Source: Utricularia gibba (lineage: Eukaryota > Plantae > Magnoliophyta). Taken from it: DNA of 24,213 nt. This document shows positions 12,701 to 24,213 of this stretch, piece after piece. The notes under the pieces are model-generated. The model was not told the DNA's origin and did no database searches. It saw only the letters and a list, made by a program, of their open reading frames with translations. Position numbers and translations under genes: made by a program. Within the stretch, counting starts at the first letter, position 1. Every line of letters begins with the position of its first letter. The stretch spans positions 1 through 24,213 of the forward strand of contig NEEC01000207.1 in assembly GCA_002189035.1 (NCBI GenBank), given 5' to 3'.

Positions 12701-13738
12701 CCTTGCTCTTCATAGCACACTGTTGGGAAGCCCTTTTCGAGCTCCAAGTATTATAATTTGGAGTTACGTTTGTCCGATAACTGTGGACATATTAAAAACA
12801 AGCCACAACGAAAAGTGTCTTAGGTGTCCTTTCTTGGTGGCTGCGTCTAAGAATGTGCTTCTCGTTCTCGACATTGATGCAAATGGGATACACGGCAAAA
12901 GAATCAAATAGCCACTAGAGACATGGTGTATGGGAATGGTGCATCAAGAATCAGAAGTATCATAGCAACTAATTGAATCAATCAACAGCCAAAACATATG
13001 GTGTCAAACTTCATCGGATATGCGATCAAGATGGAAAAAAGTCACATGTTACATCATGAATTTCGTGGCATCACTTATCCCAACACTGTTATATACTCTG
13101 GATATGCGTAAATATTTATTTTTAATGAATCCGTGCACGTGTGATTTTTAGGATGCACCCGAATGATGATGCGCAATGAAATGACTACGTCGCACATCCT
13201 GGTCCGCGAAGCACCTCTTGCATAACATGCAGATCCTTGCTCTTCATAGCACACTGTTGGGAAGCCCTTTTCGAGCTCCAAGTATTATAATTTGGAGTTA
13301 CGTTTGTCCGATAACTGTGGACATATTAAAAAAGGGCCACAACGAAAGGTGTCTCACGTGGCATTCCGTGGTGACTGCATTTAATAATGTGCTTCATGTT
13401 CTCGAAATTGATGCGAACAACATACAAGGCAAAAGAATCAAATAGCCACTAGAGACATGGTATACGGGAATGGTGCATCAAGAATCAGAAGTATCATAGC
13501 AACTAAATGCATCAACATATGGTGTCAGAATTCATCTACTATGCGATCAAGTTGGAAAAAAGTCACATGCTACATCATGAATTTCGTGGCATCACTTATC
13601 CCAACACTGTTATACACTCTGGATATGCGTAAATATTTATTTTTAATGAATCCCGTGCACGTGTGATTTTTAGGATGCACCCCGAATGATGATGCGCAAT
13701 GAAATGACTACGTCGCACATCCTGGTCCGCGAAGCACC

Positions 13739-16285
13739 TCTTGCATAACATGCAGATCCTTGCTCTTCATAGCACACTGTTGGGAAGCCCTTTTCGAGCT
13801 CCAAGTATTATAATTTGGAGTTACGTTTGTCCGATAACTGTGGACATATTAAAAACAAGCCACAACGAAAAGTGTCTTAGGTGTCCTTTCTTGGTGGCTG
13901 CGTCTAAGAATGTGCTTCTCGTTCTCGACATTGATGCAAATGGGATACACGGCAAAAGAATCAAATAGCCACTAGAGACATGGTGTATGGGAATGGTGCA
14001 TCAAGAATCAGAAGTATCATAGCAACTAATTGAATCAATCAACATATGGTGTCAAACTTCATCGGATATGCGATCAAGATGGAAAAAAGTCACATGTTAC
14101 ATCATGAATTTCGTGGCATCACTTATCCCAACACTGTTATACACTCTGGATATGCGTAAATATTTATTTTTAATGAATCCCGTGCACGTGTGATTTTTAG
14201 GATGCACCCCGAATGATGATGCGCAATGAAATGACTACGTCGCACATCCTGGTCCGCGAAGCACCTCTTGCATAACATGCAGATCCTTGCTCTTCATAGC
14301 ACACTGTTGGGAAGCCCTTTTCGAGCTCCAAGTATTATAATTTGGAGTTACGTTTGTCCGATAACTGTGGACATATTAAAAAAGCCACAACGAAAGGTGT
14401 CTCACGTGGCATTCCGTGGTGACTGCATTAATAATGTGCTTCATGTTCTCGAAATTGATGCAAAATACAAGGCAAAAGAATCAAATAGCCACTAGAGACA
14501 TGGTATATGGGAATGGTGCATCAAGAATCAGAAGTATCATAGCAACTAAATGCATCAACATATGGTGTCAGAATTCATCTACTATGCGATCAAGTTGGAA
14601 AAAAGTCACATGCTACATCATGAATTTCGTGGCATCACTTATCCCAACACTGTTATACACTCTGGATATGCGTAAATATTTATTTTTAATGAATCCCGTG
14701 CACGTGTGATTTTTAGGATGCACCCGAATGATGATGCGCAATGAAATGACTACGTCGCACATCCTGGTCCGCGAAGCACCTCTTGCATAACATGCAGATC
14801 CTTGCTCTTCATAGCACACTGTTGGGAAGCCCTTTTCGAGCTCCAAGTATTATAATTTGGAGTTACGTTTGTCCGATAACTGTGGACATATTAAAAAAGC
14901 CACAACGAAAGTGTCTTAGGTGTCTTGGTGCTGCGTTAAGAATGTGCTTCTGTTCTCGAATTGATGCAAAATACACGGCAAAAGAATCAAATAGCCACTA
15001 GAGACATGGTATATGGGAATGGTGCATCAAGAATCAGAAGTATCATAGCAACTAAAATCATCAGGGTGTCAAATTCATCTATATGCGATCAAGATGGAAA
15101 AAAGTCACATGTTACATCATGAATTTCGTGGCATCACTTATCCCAACACTGTTATACACTCTGGATATGCGTAAATATTTATTTTTAATGAATCCGTGCA
15201 CGTGTGATTTTTAGGATGCACCCCGAATGATGATGCGCAATGAAATGACTACGTCGCACATCCTGGTCCGCGAAGCACCTCTTGCATAACATGCAGATCC
15301 TTGCTCTTCATAGCACACTGTTGGGAAGCCCTTTTCGAGCTCCAAGTATTATAATTTGGAGTTACGTTTGTCCGATAACTGTGGACATATTAAAAAAAGC
15401 CACAACGAAAGTGTCTTAGTGTGGTGACTGCATTAATAATGTGCTTCTGTTCTCGAATTGATGCAAAAATACAGGCAAAAGAATCAAATAGCCACTAGAG
15501 ACATGGTGTACGGGAATGGTGCATCAAGAATCAGAAGTATCATAGCAACTAAATGCATCAACATATGGTGTCAAATTCATCTATATGCGATCAAGTTGGA
15601 AAAAAGTCACATGTACATCATGAATTTCGTGGCATCACTTATCCCAACACTGTTATACACTCTGGATATGCGTAAATATTTATTTTTAATGAATCCCGTG
15701 CACGTGTGATTTTTAGGATGCACCCCGAATGATGATGCGCAATGAAATGACTACGTCGCACATCCTGGTCCGCGAAGCACCTCTTGCATAACATGCAGAT
15801 CCTTGCTCTTCATAGCACACTGTTGGGAAGCCCTTTTCGAGCTCCAAGTATTATAATTTGGAGTTACGTTTGTCCGATAACTGTGGACATATTAAAAAAA
15901 GCCACAACGAAAGTGTCTTAGTGTCCTTTCTTGGTGGCTGCGTTAAGAATGTGCTTCTCGTTCTCGAATTGATGCAAACATACAAGGCAAAAGAATCAAA
16001 TAGCCACTAGAGACATGGTGTATGGGAATGGTGCATCAAGAATCAGAAGTATCATAGCAACTAATTCAACATATGGTGTCAAATTCATCGGATATGCGAT
16101 CAAGTGGAAAAAAGTCACATGTTACATCATGAATTTCGTGGCATCACTTATCCAACACTGTTATACTCTGGATATGCGTAAATATTTATTTTTAATGAAT
16201 CCGTGCACGTGTGATTTTTAGGATGCACCCGAATGATGATGCGCAATGAAATGACTACGTCGCACATCCTGGTCCGCGAAGCACC
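13739..16285. repeat. Degenerate block 1: five shortened A/B hybrid monomers (527, 515, 499, 502, 504 bp), probably a consensus artefact
   Basis: Monomer starts are 13739, 14266, 14781, 15280 and 15782. A and B alleles are mixed, with deletions concentrated at A/B-polymorphic columns. Confidence 0.85.
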
Positions 16286-17865
16286 TCTTGCATAACATGC
16301 AGATCCTTGCTCTTCATAGCACACTGTTGGGAAGCCCTTTTCGAGCTCCAAGTATTATAATTTGGAGTTACGTTTGTCCGATAACTGTGGACATATTAAA
16401 AAAGGGCCACAACGAAAGGTGTCTCACGTGGCATTCCGTGGTGACTGCATTTAATAATGTGCTTCATGTTCTCGAAATTGATGCGAACAACATACAAGGC
16501 AAAAGAATCAAATAGCCACTAGAGACATGGTATACGGGAATGGTGCATCAAGAATCAGAAGTATCATAGCAACTAAATGCATCAACATATGGTGTCAGAA
16601 TTCATCTACTATGCGATCAAGTTGGAAAAAAGTCACATGCTACATCATGAATTTCGTGGCATCACTTATCCCAACACTGTTATACACTCTGGATATGCGT
16701 AAATATTTATTTTTAATGAATCCCGTGCACGTGTGATTTTTAGGATGCACCCCGAATGATGATGCGCAATGAAATGACTACGTCGCACATCCTGGTCCGC
16801 GAAGCACCTCTTGCATAACATGCAGATCCTTGCTCTTCATAGCACACTGTTGGGAAGCCCTTTTCGAGCTCCAAGTATTATAATTTGGAGTTACGTTTGT
16901 CCGATAACTGTGGACATATTAAAAACAAGCCACAACGAAAAGTGTCTTAGGTGTCCTTTCTTGGTGGCTGCGTCTAAGAATGTGCTTCTCGTTCTCGACA
17001 TTGATGCAAATGGGATACACGGCAAAAGAATCAAATAGCCACTAGAGACATGGTGTATGGGAATGGTGCATCAAGAATCAGAAGTATCATAGCAACTAAT
17101 TGAATCAATCAACAGCCAAAACATATGGTGTCAAACTTCATCGGATATGCGATCAAGATGGAAAAAAGTCACATGTTACATCATGAATTTCGTGGCATCA
17201 CTTATCCCAACACTGTTATACTCAGGATATGCGTAAATATTTATTTTTAACAAATCCGGTGCACGTGTGATTTTTCGGCTGCATCCCGAATGGTGATGCG
17301 CAATGAAATGACTACGTCGCACATCCTGGTCCGCGAAGCACCTCTTGCATAACATGCAGATCCTTGCTCTTCATAGCACACTGTTGGGAAGCCCTTTTCG
17401 AGCTCCAAGTATTATAATTTGGAGTTACGTTTGTCCGATAACTGTGGACATATTAAAAAAGGGCCACAACGAAAGGTGTCTCACGTGGCATTCCGTGGTG
17501 ACTGCATTTAATAATGTGCTTCATGTTCTCGAAATTGATGCGAACAACATACAAGGCAAAAGAATCAAATAGCCACTAGAGACATGGTATACGGGAATGG
17601 TGCATCAAGAATCAGAAGTATCATAGCAACTAAATGCATCAACATATGGTGTCAGAATTCATCTACTATGCGATCAAGTTGGAAAAAAGTCACATGCTAC
17701 ATCATGAATTTCGTGGCATCACTTATCCCAACACTGTTATACACTCTGGATATGCGTAAATATTTATTTTTAATGAATCCCGTGCACGTGTGATTTTTAG
17801 GATGCACCCCGAATGATGATGCGCAATGAAATGACTACGTCGCACATCCTGGTCCGCGAAGCACC
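16286..17865. repeat. Clean B-A-B monomers (523, 534, 523 bp)
   Basis: Full diagnostic A and B motifs are restored. Confidence 0.9.
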
Positions 17866-20800
17866 TCTTGCATAACATGCAGATCCTTGCTCTTCATAGC
17901 ACACTGTTGGGAAGCCCTTTTCGAGCTCCAAGTATTATAATTTGGAGTTACGTTTGTCCGATAACTGTGGACATATTAAAAAAAGCCACAACGAAAGTGT
18001 CTCAGGTGGCATTCTTGGTGACTGCATTTAATAATGTGCTTCATGTTCTCGAAATTGATGCAACAACATACAAGGCAAAAGAATCAAATAGCCACTAGAG
18101 ACATGGTATACGGGAATGGTGCATCAAGAATCAGAAGTATCATAGCAACTAAATGCATCAACATATGGTGTCAGAATTCATCTACTATGCGATCAAGTTG
18201 GAAAAAAGTCACATGCTACATCATGAATTTCGTGGCATCACTTATCCCAACACTGTTATACACTCTGGATATGCGTAAATATTTATTTTTAATGAATCCC
18301 GTGCACGTGTGATTTTTAGGATGCACCCCGAATGATGATGCGCAATGAAATGACTACGTCGCACATCCTGGTCCGCGAAGCACCTCTTGCATAACATGCA
18401 GATCCTTGCTCTTCATAGCACACTGTTGGGAAGCCCTTTTCGAGCTCCAAGTATTATAATTTGGAGTTACGTTTGTCCGATAACTGTGGACATATTAAAA
18501 ACAAGCCACAACGAAAAGTGTCTTAGGTGTCCTTTCTTGGTGGCTGCGTCTAAGAATGTGCTTCTCGTTCTCGACATTGATGCAAATGGGATACACGGCA
18601 AAAGAATCAAATAGCCACTAGAGACATGGTGTATGGGAATGGTGCATCAAGAATCAGAAGTATCATAGCAACTAATTGAATCAATCAACAGCCAAAACAT
18701 ATGGTGTCAAACTTCATCGGATATGCGATCAAGATGGAAAAAAGTCACATGTTACATCATGAATTTCGTGGCATCACTTATCCCAACACTGTTGTATACT
18801 CTGGATATGCGTAAATATTTATTTTTAACAAATCCGTGCACGTGTGATTTTTAGGATGCATCCCGAATGATGATGCGCAATGAAATGACTACGTCGCACA
18901 TCCTGGTCCGCGAAGCACCTCTTGCATAACATGCAGATCCTTGCTCTTCATAGCACACTGTTGGGAAGCCCTTTCGAGCTCCAAGTATTATAATTTGGAG
19001 TTACGTTTGTCCGATAACTACAAGGACAACGAAAGTGTCCACGTGGCAAATAATGTGTTCATTAAATTGATGTGTCTTTCGGGTGGTGCGTCTCAATGTG
19101 TATCATAGTTCAAATTAAATGCATCAACACGGCAAAAGAATTCAATACCACTAGAGACATGTTGGAAAAAAATCATGCAAGACATCAGAAGTTTCATAGC
19201 AACATAGCAACTCAATCAACAGCCAAAACATATGGTGTCAAACTTCATCTATATACACTCTCAAGTGGATATGTCACATAAATATTTATTTTTAATAATC
19301 CGTGCACGTGTGATTTTTAGGATGCACCCCGAATGATGATGCGCAATGAAATGACTACGTCGCACATCCTGGTCCGCGAAGCACCTCTTGCATAACATGC
19401 AGATCCTTGCTCTTCATAGCACACTGTTGGGAAGCCCTTTTCGAGCTCCAAGTATTATAATTTGGAGTTACGTTTGTCCGATAACTGTGGACATATTAAA
19501 AAACAAGCCACAACGAAAGTGTCTCACGTGGCTTTCCGTGGTGGCTGCATTTAATAATGTGCTTCATGTTCTCGAAATTGATGCAACAACATACAAGGCA
19601 AAAGAATCAAATAGCCACTAGAGACATGGTATATTGGTGCATCAAGAATCAGAAGTATCATAGCAACTAAATGCAATCAACATATGGTGTCAAATTCATC
19701 TATATGCGATCAAGATTGGAAAAAAGTCACATTTACATCATGAATTTCGTGGCATCACTTATCCCAACACTGTTATACACTCTGGATATGCGTAAATATT
19801 TATTTTTAATGAATCCCGTGCACGTGTGATTTTTAGGATGCACCCGAATGATGATGCGCAATGAAATGACTACGTCGCACATCCTGGTCCGCAAGCACCT
19901 CTTGCATAACATGCAGATCCTTGCTCTTCATAGCACACTGTTGGGAAGCCCTTTTCGAGCTCCAAGTATTATAATTTGGAGTTACGTTTGTCCGATAACT
20001 GTGGACATATTAAAAAACAAGCCACAACGAAAAGTGTCTTAGGTGTCCTTTCTTGGTGGCTGCGTTAATAATGTGCTTCTGTTCTCGAAATTGATGCAAA
20101 TATACAGGCAAAAGAATCAAATAGCCACTAGAGACATGGTGTATGGGAATGGTGCATCAAGAATCAGAAGTATCATAGCAACTAATGAATCAATCAACAG
20201 CCAACATATGGTGTCAAACTTCATCTATATGCGATCAAGATGGAAAAAAGTCACATGTTACATCATGAATTTCGTGGCATCACTTATCCCAACACTGTTA
20301 TACACTCTGGATATGCGTAAATATTTATTTTTAATGAATCCCGTGCACGTGTGATTTTTAGGATGCACCCCGAATGATGATGCGCAATGAAATGACTACG
20401 TCGCACATCCTGGTCCGCGAAGCACCTCTTGCATAACATGCAGATCCTTGCTCTTCATAGCACACTGTTGGGAAGCCCTTTTCGAGCTCCAAGTATTATA
20501 ATTTGGAGTTACGTTTGTCGATAACTGTGGACATATTAAAAAACAAGCCACAACGAAAAGTGTCTCACGTGGCATTCCGTGGTGACTGCATTTAATAATG
20601 TGCTTCATGTTCTCGAAATTGATGCAACAACATACAAGGCAAAAGAATCAAATAGCCACTAGAGACATGGTATACGGGAATGGTGCATCAAGAATCAGAA
20701 GTATCATAGCAACTAAATGCATCAACATATGGTGTCAGAATTCATCTACTATGCGATCAAGATGGAAAAAAGTCACATGCTACATCATGAATTTCGTGGC

Positions 20801-22510
20801 ATCACTTATCCCAACACTGTTATACACTCTGGATATGCGTAAATATTTATTTTTAATGAATCCCGTGCACGTGTGATTTTTAGGATGCACCCCGAATGAT
20901 GATGCGCAATGAAATGACTACGTCGCACATCCTGGTCCGCGAAGCACCTCTTGCATAACATGCAGATCCTTGCTCTTCATAGCACACTGTTGGGAAGCCC
21001 TTTTCGAGCTCCAAGTATTATAATTTGGAGTTACGTTTGTCGATAACTGTGGACATATTAAAAAAAGCCACAACGAAAGTGTCTCACGTGGCATTTGGTG
21101 ACTGCATTTAATAATGTGCTTCATGTTCTCGAAATTGATGCGAACAACATACAAGGCAAAAGAATCAAATAGCCACTAGAGACATGGTATACGGGAATGG
21201 TGCATCAAGAATCAGAAGTATCATAGCAACTAAATGCATCAACATATGGTGTCAAATTCATCTACTATGCGATCAAGTTGGAAAAAAGTCACATGCTACA
21301 TCATGAATTTCGTGCATCACTTATCCCAACACTGTTATACACTCTGGATATGCGTAAATATTTATTTTTAATGAATCCCGTGCACGTGTGATTTTTAGGA
21401 TGCACCCCGAATGATGATGCGCAATGAAATGACTACGTCGCACATCCTGGTCCGCGAAGCACCTCTTGCATAACATGCAGATCCTTGCTCTTCATAGCAC
21501 ACTGTTGGGAAGCCCTTTTCGAGCTCCAAGTATTATAATTTGGAGTTACGTTTTCCGATAACTGTGGACATATTAAAAACAAGCCACAACGAAAAGTGTC
21601 TTACGTGCTTTCTGGTGGCTGCGTTAAGAATGTGCTTCTGTTCTCGACATTGATGCAAACATACAGGCAAAAGAATCAAATAGCCACTAGAGACATGGTG
21701 TATGGAATGGTGCATCAAGAATCAGAAGTATCATAGCAACTGAATCAATCAACAGAAACATATGGTGTCAAATTCATCTATATGCGATCAAGATGGAAAA
21801 AAGTCACATGTTACATCATGAATTTCGTGGCATCACTTATCCCAACACTGTTATACACTCTGGATATGCGTAAATATTTATTTTTAATGAATCCGTGCAC
21901 GTGTGATTTTTAGGATGCACCCCGAATGATGATGCGCAATGAAATGACTACGTCGCACATCCTGGTCCGCGAAGCACCTCTTGCATAACATGCAGATCCT
22001 TGCTCTTCATAGCACACTGTTGGGAAGCCCTTTTCGAGCTCCAAGTATTATAATTTGGAGTTACGTTTGTCCGATAACTGTGGACATATTAAAACAAGCC
22101 ACAACGAAAAGTGTCTTAGGCCTTTCTTGGTGGCTGCGTCTAAGAATGTGCTTCTCGTTCTCGACATTGATGCAAATGGGATACACGGCAAAAGAATCAA
22201 ATAGCCACTAGAGACATGGTGTATGGGAATGGTGCATCAAGAATCAGAAGTATCATAGCAACTAATTGAATCAATCAACAGCCAAAACATATGGTGTCAA
22301 ACTTCATCGGATATGCGATCAAGATGGAAAAAAGTCACATGTTACATCATGAATTTCGTGGCATCACTTATCCCAACACTGTTATACACTCTGGATATGC
22401 GTAAATATTTATTTTTAACAAATCCCGTGCACGTGTGATTTTTTAGGATGCATCCCGAATGTGATGCGCAATGAAATGACTACGTCGCACATCCTGGTCC
22501 GCGAAGCACC
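17866..22510. repeat. Degenerate block 2: hybrid monomers and a broken A/B phase (approximate order B-like, A, scrambled, B-like, A-like, B, B-like, A-like, A)
   Basis: Monomer starts are 17866, 18385, 18920, 19386, 19900, 20427, 20949, 21464 and 21979, with lengths 466-535 bp and mixed alleles. Confidence 0.8.
19020..19280. other. Scrambled monomer segment made of interleaved A and B fragments
   Basis: Short recognisable pieces of the monomer appear out of order (e.g. AAATTGATG, then GGTGGTGCGTCT, AAATGCATCAACA, CGGCAAAAGAA, TTGGAAAAAA, CAATCAACAGCCAAAAC). Confidence 0.8.
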
Positions 22511-24213
22511 TCTTGCATAACATGCAGATCCTTGCTCTTCATAGCACACTGTTGGGAAGCCCTTTTCGAGCTCCAAGTATTATAATTTGGAGTTACGTTT
22601 GTCCGATAACTGTGGACATATTAAAAAAAGCCACAACGAAAAGGTGTCTCACGTGGCATTCCGTGGTGACTGCATTTAATAATGTGCTTCATGTTCTCGA
22701 AATTGATGCGAACAACATACAAGGCAAAAGAATCAAATAGCCACTAGAGACATGGTATACGGGAATGGTGCATCAAGAATCAGAAGTATCATAGCAACTA
22801 AATGCATCAACATATGGTGTCAGAATTCATCTACTATGCGATCAAGTTGGAAAAAAGTCACATGCTACATCATGAATTTCGTGGCATCACTTATCCCAAC
22901 ACTGTTATACACTCTGGATATGCGTAAATATTTATTTTTAATGAATCCCGTGCACGTGTGATTTTTAGGATGCACCCGAATGATGATGCGCAATGAAATG
23001 ACTACGTCGCACATCCTGGTCCGCGAAGCACCTCTTGCATAACATGCAGATCCTTGCTCTTCATAGCACACTGTTGGGAAGCCCTTTTCGAGCTCCAAGT
23101 ATTATAATTTGGAGTTACGTTTGTCCGATAACTGTGGACATATTAAAAACAAGCCACAACGAAAAGTGTCTTAGGTGTCCTTTCTTGGTGGCTGCGTCTA
23201 AGAATGTGCTTCTCGTTCTCGACATTGATGCAAATGGGATACACGGCAAAAGAATCAAATAGCCACTAGAGACATGGTGTATGGGAATGGTGCATCAAGA
23301 ATCAGAAGTATCATAGCAACTAATTGAATCAATCAACAGCCAAAACATATGGTGTCAAACTTCATCGGATATGCGATCAAGATGGAAAAAAGTCACATGT
23401 TACATCATGAATTTCGTGGCATCACTTATCCCAACACTGTTATACACTCTGGATATGCGTAAATATTTATTTTTAATGAATCCCGTGCACGTGTGATTTT
23501 TAGGATGCACCCGAATGATGATGCGCAATGAAATGACTACGTCGCACATCCTGGTCCGCGAAGCACCTCTTGCATAACATGCAGATCCTTGCTCTTCATA
23601 GCACACTGTTGGGAAGCCCTTCGAGCTCCAAGTATTATAATTTGGAGTTACGTTTGTCCGATAACTGTGGACATATTAAAAAAGGGCCACAACGAAAGGT
23701 GTCTCACGTGGCATTCCGTGGTGACTGCATTTAATAATGTGCTTCATGTTCTCGAAATTGATGCGAACAACATACAAGGCAAAAGAATCAAATAGCCACT
23801 AGAGACATGGTATACGGAATGGTGCATCAAGAATCAGAAGTATCATAGCAACTAAATGCATCAACATATGGTGTCAGAATTCATCTACTATGCGATCAAG
23901 TTGGAAAAAAGTCACATGCTACATCATGAATTTCGTGGCATCACTTATCCCAACACTGTTATACACTCTGGATATGCGTAAATATTTATTTTTAATGAAT
24001 CCCGTGCACGTGTGATTTTTAGGATGCACCCGAATGATGATGCGCAATGAAATGACTACGTCGCACATCCTGGTCGCGAAGCACCTCTTGCATAACATGC
24101 AGATCCTTGCTCTTCATAGCACACTGTTGGGAAGCCCTTTTCGAGCTCCAAGTATTATAATTTGGAGTTACGTTTGTCCGATAACTGTGGACATATTAAA
24201 AACAAGCCACAAC
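22511..24213. repeat. Resumed B-A-B-(A partial) alternation with scattered single-base dropouts
   Basis: Monomer starts are 22511 (B, slightly hybrid head), 23033 (A), 23568 (B) and 24086 (A, truncated by the window end). Confidence 0.9.

Larger units (their letters stand above)
1..13738. repeat. Regular dimeric higher-order repeat (A-B)x13, period ~1,054-1,060 bp
   Basis: Odd monomers carry AAAAACAAGCC / AAATGGGATACAC / AATTGAATCAATCAACAGCCAAAAC (type A). Even monomers carry AAAAAAGGGCC / GAACAACATACAA / AAATGCATCAAC (type B). Alternation is strict for 26 monomers. Confidence 0.95.
1..24213. repeat. Tandem satellite-like DNA array, 46 full monomers plus one partial (mean ~524 bp overall, ~528 bp in the clean region), head-to-tail
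   Basis: The anchor TCTTGCATAACATGCAG recurs at 1, 533, 1055, 1587, 2110, 2644, 3167, 3702, 4225, 4757, 5280 ... 23033, 23568, 24086. There is no unique sequence and no inversion anywhere. The array runs off both window edges. Confidence 0.98.

Noticed and set aside
1-13738. 528 bp = 3 x 176 bp nucleosome phasing or an internal trimeric subrepeat
   Set aside because: I see no ~176-bp internal similarity and no clearly phased A-tracts by eye. Only short recurring words (AAGAATCA, ATGGTG) are present. The arithmetic match alone is not evidence.
1-24213. CRISPR array or array of gene cassettes
   Set aside because: There are no unique spacers between short repeats. The entire ~528-bp unit is repeated, and no cas or integrase gene is present.
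1-24213. Tandem RNA-gene cluster (5S rRNA, tRNA, snRNA, spliced leader, C/D snoRNA)
   Set aside because: I recognise no 5S, tRNA, U-snRNA or known SL sequence. ATGATGA (C-box-like) has no properly placed CTGA D box. AATTTGG (Sm-site-like, 2183-2189) lies inside a hairpin and is too short to be evidence. An Rfam/Infernal search would settle it.

Overview
The whole 24,213-bp window is one head-to-tail tandem array of a ~520-537 bp, ~41% GC satellite-like monomer: 46 complete copies plus a partial 47th, all on the same strand. Two monomer types alternate. A (~535 bp) and B (523 bp) form a ~1,055-1,060 bp dimeric higher-order repeat, which is strictly regular over 1-13738 and partly resumes later. 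I can support no protein-coding gene, RNA gene, CRISPR array or autonomous mobile element; all listed ORFs are by-products of the repeat. Two blocks (about 13.7-16.3 kb and 17.9-22.6 kb) contain A/B hybrid monomers that lose bases precisely at A/B-polymorphic positions, and one monomer is scrambled. This looks more like consensus or assembly blending than biology. The most notable biological signals are the A/B dimer, a hidden second haplotype in the A tail, an invariant ~166-bp block with hairpins, and LTR-like TGTTGGGA...TCCCAACA ends that are the two halves of a split 17-bp palindrome. The ~528-bp mean monomer matches the published unit length of the Phaseolus khipu satellite, but this is a length match only and is unverified. 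All counts were made by eye. I did not find a defensible novel gene system.
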